DNA from: a virus
Reading direction: 5' to 3' (one strand)
Virus record (IMG/VR): IMGVR_UViG_3300009408_000001
Span: 133,531-197,530 of that record
DNA length: 64,000 bases
The first letter of the stretch is position 1, and the number at the start of each line of letters is the position of its first letter. This document shows, in pieces, positions 57,359-64,000 of the stretch. The position numbers and the translations under genes were made by a program. Under the pieces are notes generated by a model. That model was not told the origin of the DNA. It was given only the letters and a program-made list of their open reading frames with translations, and ran no database searches.

Positions 57359-59622
57359 TGTCATTTTTGAAAAAAACAGATGTAGAAGTACAGGCGGCTA
57401 ACGCGTTCTCGGAGATCATCTCCGCCAAGCACGAAGCAAACAAGGCAATTTTTAATACTGACATGGCATCGGATGTGGTTGCCATGGAGTCATTTGGTTC
57501 TTTGCCCTCGACCGGTGCGCAAGATCTGGAAGTACAGGGCGCAAACGCGAACCAAATGCTGGCCGATGCCGGTATGGAAGCGGTCATGAACCACGCCTAT
57601 GGCGTTAACCACCTGGACGATAACGGTAACCCTGTGGACCAGTATGTTTCAGACGCGCATGACCTGGCCATGGAAGCAGGTGCATTGGCATTTATGAGTG
57701 CAGGTGCAGGTAAGGATAGCTTGGTTCCAGGCGAAGTAAGTGCGGCCATGTTGGGTGCGCGTAACGGCGGTCATTTCATCGCCCCTGCTGACCGTGGCGC
57801 AGTACTTGCATTGGAAAGTTTCCATGATGTGAAGACTGATGAGTTCGTTGGCCAATCTGTTCACTTGGCAACCGTAACCGCTGCTTCAAGTCCTGTTAGC
57901 GAGTTGTTCTACCCTACAGATTTGTTACCGGCTGGTGTTGCTGGTCGTAGTGCTTCACTGCGCACCCCTTACATCTACCGTAACTCACCACGCACCAACG
58001 ACGGTAGTGTGTATGAGATCAAGAAGATCCCATTGTTGCGCGCACATCGTGATCACACGATCTTAGCTGCGGAAATCCTGAAATGCTGGCCTGACGGTGA
58101 TAACGCGGCTAATCTAGAATACCTGGTCGATGCTGCGGTAGTCCCTAACTCCCCTGTAACCATTGACGGTATTACAGTGAATACCCGTCCTTTGTTGTTC
58201 GGTAAACGTTTCAACATGTTGGGTGTTTCCAGCAATGATCTGTTACTGGGCAGTGCTGTACAGAGTAATGTGGATACCATGAGTCCTAATGCCGGTGCAG
58301 GTACCGTGTGGGTACGTGTTACTGTGAAACAACCCAATGATGCAGCCGGTGCTGCTGTACCTCCAGTTGTCCGTATCGTCAAAGTGGATATTGACGGTGC
58401 TGTTGGCGCACTCATGTCTCCTCCTTCAACGGGTGGTGGCCAGAACGACCTGGTCATGAACATGACCAGCACTTTGTTAATCACTAACTTGACAGCAGCG
58501 ATTGGTACTACTGGTACCGCTGGTGACACCGGTGTCGGTACCTACCTGGCAGACGGTGGTAATGGTTGGAACTTGGGTTTGGATTACACCATTACCGGTA
58601 ACGCCGATCACCAGACTGCAAACATGGTATTCCACGCTAACAGTATTGAACTGGGAGAGGCTTCTATCTCCGGTGCAGACGGTAAAGAAGTATATGTTGA
58701 GAAAGCCAGTGTTGAGTATAAAGCACTGTTGGCTGCAACCACTGTTGAGCTGATCGCACATTTGCCACGTACTTCACGTGCTAACCTGGCACTGCGTCAA
58801 GTCGGCACCATGTTAGACAACGGTGAAGAAGAGACCTTCTTCTTTGAAGTGCGTCCTGGTTCTCCTTTCACTGCACTGCGTCCCGGTGGTAACACCGCTA
58901 CTGGCGTTGCCGATGTTGCCATGTTGAAGAAAGGTCTGTCTATTCGTAGTCACGGTTCTGCAATCACAGAGCTTCTTCGTCACGTAGATGAAGTCAAGGC
59001 TGCATTCGGTACTGGTACAAACATCGGTGGCTCTGCTACCTTTGGTAGTCGTTTGGGTGTCAAAACCCAGTACGCCAGTGCTACAATCGATGCAGCATCC
59101 GATGCTGTCTTCACCCAGACCCGGGATAACCTGGACAACTTCAAAGCATTGATCATTGATACCATCTCTATGATGGTGACCAACCTGTTGATCAAGAGTG
59201 AATACTTGACTGCTCTGAAATACCTGACAGGTCGTAGCACCGGTTATGAAATAATCATTGCTACTTCAGCACGAATCGAACGTTTCCTGATGCGCAGTGG
59301 TGACGAACGTACCTTCGGTCAGAACATGAGCTTCCGCATTGCGGTTGATGAAGATGAGCGCATGGACGACAAGTGTATCATCTCTGTTCGTCGTAAGGGT
59401 GTTACTGGTCCTGATCCCCTGAGCCATGGTTTCCGTCTTTCTCAGAACCCAGTTGTCTACACCTACGACAACAGTTCACGTACCCAAGATCGCGTTGATG
59501 AGATCCACGTTAATGCGGGCGAACATCACGCTACAACCTTGCCTATCTGTGCAGAGTTGTTCCTGACAAACCTCGATACCTTCACGAAGAACCGTGGTGG
59601 TACTTTGGTGGCTACAGCATAG
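57355..59622 (+). CDS. Major capsid protein (phiKZ gp120-like)
   Basis: 755 aa; propeptide with AME/GME/AME/ALE sites; synteny; strong terminator after. Confidence 0.85.
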   Translation: MMSFLKKTDVEVQAANAFSEIISAKHEANKAIFNTDMASDVVAMESFGSLPSTGAQDLEVQGANANQMLADAGMEAVMNHAYGVNHLDDNGNPVDQYVSDAHDLAMEAGALAFMSAGAGKDSLVPGEVSAAMLGARNGGHFIAPADRGAVLALESFHDVKTDEFVGQSVHLATVTAASSPVSELFYPTDLLPAGVAGRSASLRTPYIYRNSPRTNDGSVYEIKKIPLLRAHRDHTILAAEILKCWPDGDNAANLEYLVDAAVVPNSPVTIDGITVNTRPLLFGKRFNMLGVSSNDLLLGSAVQSNVDTMSPNAGAGTVWVRVTVKQPNDAAGAAVPPVVRIVKVDIDGAVGALMSPPSTGGGQNDLVMNMTSTLLITNLTAAIGTTGTAGDTGVGTYLADGGNGWNLGLDYTITGNADHQTANMVFHANSIELGEASISGADGKEVYVEKASVEYKALLAATTVELIAHLPRTSRANLALRQVGTMLDNGEEETFFFEVRPGSPFTALRPGGNTATGVADVAMLKKGLSIRSHGSAITELLRHVDEVKAAFGTGTNIGGSATFGSRLGVKTQYASATIDAASDAVFTQTRDNLDNFKALIIDTISMMVTNLLIKSEYLTALKYLTGRSTGYEIIIATSARIERFLMRSGDERTFGQNMSFRIAVDEDERMDDKCIISVRRKGVTGPDPLSHGFRLSQNPVVYTYDNSSRTQDRVDEIHVNAGEHHATTLPICAELFLTNLDTFTKNRGGTLVATA

Positions 59623-59642
59623 TCTACCTGTAGACTTGTGTG

Positions 59643-59679
59643 TAAACTCCCCGCCTGAAAAGGCGGGGAGTTTATGCCG
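59643..59679. terminator. Hairpin after MCP
   Basis: TAAACTCCCCGCC-TGAAAA-GGCGGGGAGTTTA. Confidence 0.8.
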
Positions 59680-59724
59680 TAATTAGAACATGTCCTATTT
59701 TCCGGTTCTGGCCTAATTTAAGGC

Positions 59725-59739
59725 TATATTACCATACTG
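59725..59739 (+). promoter_or_regulatory. Early promoter (TATATTAC-N6-G) for the gp122/gp123-like operon
   Basis: Exact consensus. Confidence 0.75.
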
Positions 59740-59772
59740 ATACTTAGGCTTATTTAATGGAAAAGGACTATA

Positions 59773-60735
59773 ATGCAAATTAGAAAGACCGCAAGATACG
59801 GCAACTGTGCCTCATCGGAAGGATTGGATTACCACAGAACCATACTAAACCATACCGGAGAGACAGTCAAAATATGTGATGCTTCTGGACGGGCACACTA
59901 CTACGATGGTGGATGGGTACAGCATGGGGATACACAGATTTTAGCCATTGAGGAATGGTACCGTGGCACGGATGCCACAGGGATGATCGATGTAAACCTG
60001 GAGGACATGCCAGAATATAAACATGAGTCTGGCATCGTAATTACAACACACATCACCCTGTCAGCGTTACAGGAAGTAACCGAAGGGTTTTACCTAGATT
60101 CACTGGGATTGGTCATATCCCTACGGAAGTACGTAAGTATCGCTAAACACCCACGTTTCATTACACATGAGGAAGACCGTCAAGAGTCTCGTTCCACAAC
60201 GGGTGTAAGTATTGAAGTGCATGATCCACGGAAACGGATCGATATCCAACATGCTACAATGGGCGGTCAGTGTGTGCCAGTTGCACCTATCCGTATCCCT
60301 ACCCCAGCAAAAGAATGTGTCATTATCAGACGGTGGGATCCTTCTACCGGTGGTAAAATAGCAACCGAATACGAACTATCTGACCTCACTACAGGTGAGG
60401 GCAAGTGCGGCATTCGCTTGTACGCTACAGTAACAGAAGCAAACGCCGACAAACGTAACCCTGAAAAGGTCGCATATGCACTTAAGGAGATTTCACTAGC
60501 AAACCACAAAGCAGAAATGGCAAAGGACATCCGAGCAGCTATCGTAGTTGAAGAGAAACGCAAGTACGAGGACAAAGTAGCTGCTGTTGTTAAAGAGAAC
60601 CGCAGGTCTGAAGAGAAGGTTTGGAAAGAAACGAAAGCCAGGTCCAAAGAGAAAACGGGCTTCTGGTCAAATGCGTTACGTGTAACATCAGATGTCGTCC
60701 GTACCTTTGGATCCTGGCTGGTAAGCTGGTTCTAA
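59773..60735 (+). CDS. Conserved protein (phiKZ gp122-like)
   Basis: 320 aa with C-terminal coil and amphipathic end; synteny. Confidence 0.55.
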   Translation: MQIRKTARYGNCASSEGLDYHRTILNHTGETVKICDASGRAHYYDGGWVQHGDTQILAIEEWYRGTDATGMIDVNLEDMPEYKHESGIVITTHITLSALQEVTEGFYLDSLGLVISLRKYVSIAKHPRFITHEEDRQESRSTTGVSIEVHDPRKRIDIQHATMGGQCVPVAPIRIPTPAKECVIIRRWDPSTGGKIATEYELSDLTTGEGKCGIRLYATVTEANADKRNPEKVAYALKEISLANHKAEMAKDIRAAIVVEEKRKYEDKVAAVVKENRRSEEKVWKETKARSKEKTGFWSNALRVTSDVVRTFGSWLVSWF

Positions 60736-60787
60736 GCCCTAAAAAAAGACCTGCGCGCTAGATAGTTTGTTACTACAGGAGAAAGGG

Positions 60788-62377
60788 ATGATACGCACCA
60801 AACTAATGCGCAGAATGTTTGACGATATGCCACGACTTAATAAGGAGTTATGCGAGGGCTTAGCTTGGAAACAGGCTGAGGAATACGAGAAGTACATAGA
60901 GGAAGTCATCCGCTGTGCAGCTTCTATCTTCCCGAAAGGGTTCAAGTTCGTGGGGTCAAGGCGAGCTACACCAGAGGAACACTTTAAGGCCGTAACCAGG
61001 CCAAAGAAATTCAGTCCCGCCTCTTACGATCTGGCACCAACTGATATGTACGCTATGGCATATCACTTTGAGTTCGAAGGCGTCCCAGCGAAAGTGAGGT
61101 ACCTGTTACTCCCCTATGTAAGGAGGGGTGGGGTTCTCCGAATTAAAGGAGCATGTTACAAAATATCGCCAGTACTGGCAGATAACCTGTTTTCCCCGGA
61201 TACGGATGTGTTGTACGTACCGGTGACTCGATCCAAGTTAAAGTTCCATCGCCTTTCTGTTACGTATGTAGCGGATGGTGTCCTGATGTCAACCGACACG
61301 GTACATTGTCCTGTGATTAACATGCTTGCCCCTAAACGGCATAAGAAGCGCGTTACCACGCTTATGCATTACATGATGTGTAACAAGGGGTTGTCAGGAG
61401 CTTTACTCGAGTATTTCCAAGTTCACGCCGTAGTAGGTGAGCATGAAATAAACAGTGATTCATACCCAACTGATCATTGGGTTATCTGTAGTTCACGTGG
61501 TGTGCATCCGATCCGGGCTAATCTTAATTATACCCCATCGAGTATCCGCATCGCTATTCCGAAACTGGAATTCACATCAGAAGTACATTCTGCAATTGGA
61601 GGAATCTTTTACATAATTGATCACGAACCAGAGCTAATCACAGTAGACCAGGTGGAGAACATCCTCTTGTGGCGACGATTGATCCCCAGGTTTGCAATCG
61701 CTAAACGCAACACAGAAAGACATGAGGCTGACCTCATGGAAGCACACTTTGATTCAATCGGCCATTACATAGATGAACTTGTGAAACGTCGACTGGTTAA
61801 AGAGAACATTGACAGTAGGGACATCTACGAGTTCTTTGCTGTTATTGAGAAGACCTTCACGGAACGAGCTATCCATGCTGACCCAGCGGATACTTCCAAC
61901 AAGAAGATGGAGACAACCCGGTTTGTCTTGTTTGATGTGGTTAAGACGATCTTTAATGCAGCGTTTGTATTGAAAGGACTGGAAGGTCCACGGCTTTCCC
62001 TTACCAACATTGAACACAAACTAAACAAGGCCTTCATAACCGCATCTGCTATGAAGATGAATCGGAAACACGGTGAGGTAGAAGTCGTATCTTCGCCAAC
62101 CGATCTCCTCCCTATATCTGTAACTCGTGGACTTGTTCCACAAAGTAAGACAGTCGTTACAGGTAAATCCGCTAAGGACAAGGAAATGACCAGCAGGGCA
62201 CGCGCACTACATTGGTCACAAGCACTTACTTCTGGCTTCTGCAACATCACCAGTGCGGATCCAAGTGGGAGAAGCAGCATAAATCACTTCTGTCAGTTGG
62301 ACGAGTCCTGGGACATTGTTGTTCCAGAGGAAGCTAAGCGAGAACTGGCCGTGTTCAGTCGGATGATTGAGGAATAG
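60788..62377 (+). CDS. nvRNAP beta N-terminal subunit (phiKZ gp123-like)
   Basis: Beta-like LPYVRRGG.L.I.G, LHWSQ...CNITSADPSG; synteny after MCP. Confidence 0.8.
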   Translation: MIRTKLMRRMFDDMPRLNKELCEGLAWKQAEEYEKYIEEVIRCAASIFPKGFKFVGSRRATPEEHFKAVTRPKKFSPASYDLAPTDMYAMAYHFEFEGVPAKVRYLLLPYVRRGGVLRIKGACYKISPVLADNLFSPDTDVLYVPVTRSKLKFHRLSVTYVADGVLMSTDTVHCPVINMLAPKRHKKRVTTLMHYMMCNKGLSGALLEYFQVHAVVGEHEINSDSYPTDHWVICSSRGVHPIRANLNYTPSSIRIAIPKLEFTSEVHSAIGGIFYIIDHEPELITVDQVENILLWRRLIPRFAIAKRNTERHEADLMEAHFDSIGHYIDELVKRRLVKENIDSRDIYEFFAVIEKTFTERAIHADPADTSNKKMETTRFVLFDVVKTIFNAAFVLKGLEGPRLSLTNIEHKLNKAFITASAMKMNRKHGEVEVVSSPTDLLPISVTRGLVPQSKTVVTGKSAKDKEMTSRARALHWSQALTSGFCNITSADPSGRSSINHFCQLDESWDIVVPEEAKRELAVFSRMIEE

Positions 62378-62381
62378 TCAG

Positions 62382-62822
62382 ATGCAAGAAAAACCAGATT
62401 CATGGTATTTCGAACAGGCAACAACTGGAAAGGGGGTCACCCTTTCTGAAGAAGATAAGGTCATTACCACTGCAATACAACTGGCAATGGTGCACATCGC
62501 CTGTCTTCCCGACAGGTATGGGCTTTCTTCCAAGGAGAAAAAGAAGGTGAGGTTGTATTTCACCGACAAAGAAAACGGACATCGGTTACCCCTTTTGATA
62601 CGCGATATCATAAAGGTGGTACTCGTACATGTTCGCCTGAAGAACCTCCCCACTACTGAAGACATAATCGGGTATAAATCCGAATCGGTATTGGTGGGTT
62701 TCCTATGGAACAACAGGATAGGAATACCACTCCCGTCCTTAATCAAGTTGGGACCACTCCATACTGGCTACACAGCAGAGGACTGTACCCATTACACCCA
62801 CCACATCAGGAGAATAGGATGA
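62382..62822 (+). CDS. Hypothetical protein
   Basis: Operonic ORF after the RNAP subunit. Confidence 0.5.
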   Translation: MQEKPDSWYFEQATTGKGVTLSEEDKVITTAIQLAMVHIACLPDRYGLSSKEKKKVRLYFTDKENGHRLPLLIRDIIKVVLVHVRLKNLPTTEDIIGYKSESVLVGFLWNNRIGIPLPSLIKLGPLHTGYTAEDCTHYTHHIRRIG

Positions 62823-64000
62823 GTCTACAAGGGCCCTTTACCTACCCCAATAGTCCGGGTCGATACTACATCGACCCGGTAACACAACAGGTTGTTGATG
62901 AAAGCGTTTTAATCCAGCAGCAACAGGGACAACGTCACCACCAGCCGATCAACCAACCAGTAGGTGTACACCAACAACATGTGCCGCAGGGGTTCTCTCC
63001 CTTACAGCCACAGGTGCTCCCACTCCCTGCTTCTAACAACATCCCACAGAACAGTGTCTCACCACTCTCCTCACAGCCACAGCACCAAGGCCATTACCAG
63101 GAATACAGCTCTGAAGACGCTGAAGCAATGCAAGACCTTGTGGGGTGGAAACCACAACAAACCACGCAACAACCCGTAGAAACGACAGTGACACCAGATG
63201 TCCCGACCAGTGTTCCAGTTGTAACCAATTCCACCATGCGACGTTGGACAGGTACAATGCAATACCTCGTTGCCCATAATCCTACCACACATGGCATCGT
63301 GGAAATAGACCATAACAACACCCTAACCCACTACATAGTTGACAGGAGTATTCCAGTGAAGAAATCATTTGCCATCGACCACACCCATCCTAAGGTGAAC
63401 GAAGTGAACCAGTTGTTAAACACGGAAGCAGTTGAGTACTGTACCCCTTCCAATCGGGACGATATCGAACTTACGGAAGTCTTAGAAGTTAAGGATTCCT
63501 GTGCTACAGGCATGAGTCTGGCATCTGTCATCCCCCTGTTACAACACACCCATCGTACGGCAAAGTCTAAACCACATACCACGGTAATGCCTACCATCGT
63601 GGACTACCCAATTGGTCATTACGACAGTGATGACGATATGGAACTGTTACTACTGTCTATACCTGATAACATGCATTCCTGCATTGAATGGTTAGAACAA
63701 ATTGAGGAGAAGAATGCTGGTAAGTCCGGTGCAATTACCGCATGGTTGGACATGGTAAACCGTGTAATGTCTGCAGCCCTCTATGAGATTACGTCGTTGT
63801 CGTCCGGTAACGGTATTCGTACAACAGCGTTTGTTGCGGACTGGGAGGAAATATGTACCTGTGAACCCACCGCTGGAAGCCGGTCCCTGTTAGTGAATGA
63901 ATTGTCCGATACCTTTTACGCAACGATCCAACCGATTGTGGAAGACGTAATGGATAAGGATGATAACGTTATCATGAAGGTGTTGTATAACCAACGTCGA
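62819..64000 (+). CDS. Hypothetical protein with Q/P/H-rich N-terminus, runs off right edge (absent from ORF track)
   Basis: ATGA-coupled start MSLQGPFTYP; no stop to 64000 on manual translation. Confidence 0.7.
   Translation, partial: MSLQGPFTYPNSPGRYYIDPVTQQVVDESVLIQQQQGQRHHQPINQPVGVHQQHVPQGFSPLQPQVLPLPASNNIPQNSVSPLSSQPQHQGHYQEYSSEDAEAMQDLVGWKPQQTTQQPVETTVTPDVPTSVPVVTNSTMRRWTGTMQYLVAHNPTTHGIVEIDHNNTLTHYIVDRSIPVKKSFAIDHTHPKVNEVNQLLNTEAVEYCTPSNRDDIELTEVLEVKDSCATGMSLASVIPLLQHTHRTAKSKPHTTVMPTIVDYPIGHYDSDDDMELLLLSIPDNMHSCIEWLEQIEEKNAGKSGAITAWLDMVNRVMSAALYEITSLSSGNGIRTTAFVADWEEICTCEPTAGSRSLLVNELSDTFYATIQPIVEDVMDKDDNVIMKVLYNQRR

Noticed and set aside
63960-63975. ATGATAACGTTATCAT palindrome with GATAAC half-sites
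   Set aside because: No spacer, so the geometry differs from the 20-bp motif; it lies in coding sequence and is probably chance.
1-64000. Stop-codon reassignment, tRNA genes, group I introns
   Set aside because: Core genes are full length in code 11 and end in TAA, TAG and TGA, often abutting the next start; no cloverleaf or intron-sized gaps were seen by eye.

Overview
This window is a 64 kb stretch of a nucleus-forming, phiKZ-like jumbo phage (Chimalliviridae). It covers the conserved core block: DNA polymerase C-terminus, chimallin (ChmA), SbcD, ChmC, PicA-like protein, all five non-virion RNA polymerase (nvRNAP) subunits, one virion RNAP subunit, SF2 helicase, the second half of the split B-family polymerase, head/inner-body and tail proteins, DHFR, DnaB-like helicase and major capsid protein. 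phiKZ gp numbers are assigned from recalled motifs and synteny, not from a database search. No tRNA, CRISPR array, intron or host marker was seen. The most notable accessory feature is a set of self-contained early cassettes (TATTAC-N6-G promoter, ORF, shared terminator family) at 26.9-28.4 kb and 50.4-54.7 kb. Four of these promoters carry the same palindrome, GATAACA-N6-TGTTAT(C), exactly at the predicted +1. A fifth copy lies inside the nvRNAP beta' gene. The 50-54 kb locus encodes two XRE-type HTH proteins, a duplicated helical protein and an intact proteasome-beta/HslV-like peptidase. This suggests a possible phage regulatory switch (inference). Other oddities are a ClpP-fold protein lacking its catalytic triad, an M48-like head metallopeptidase, three mosaic inner-body paralogs, a 45-bp Q/P/Y repeat and a G12 tract.
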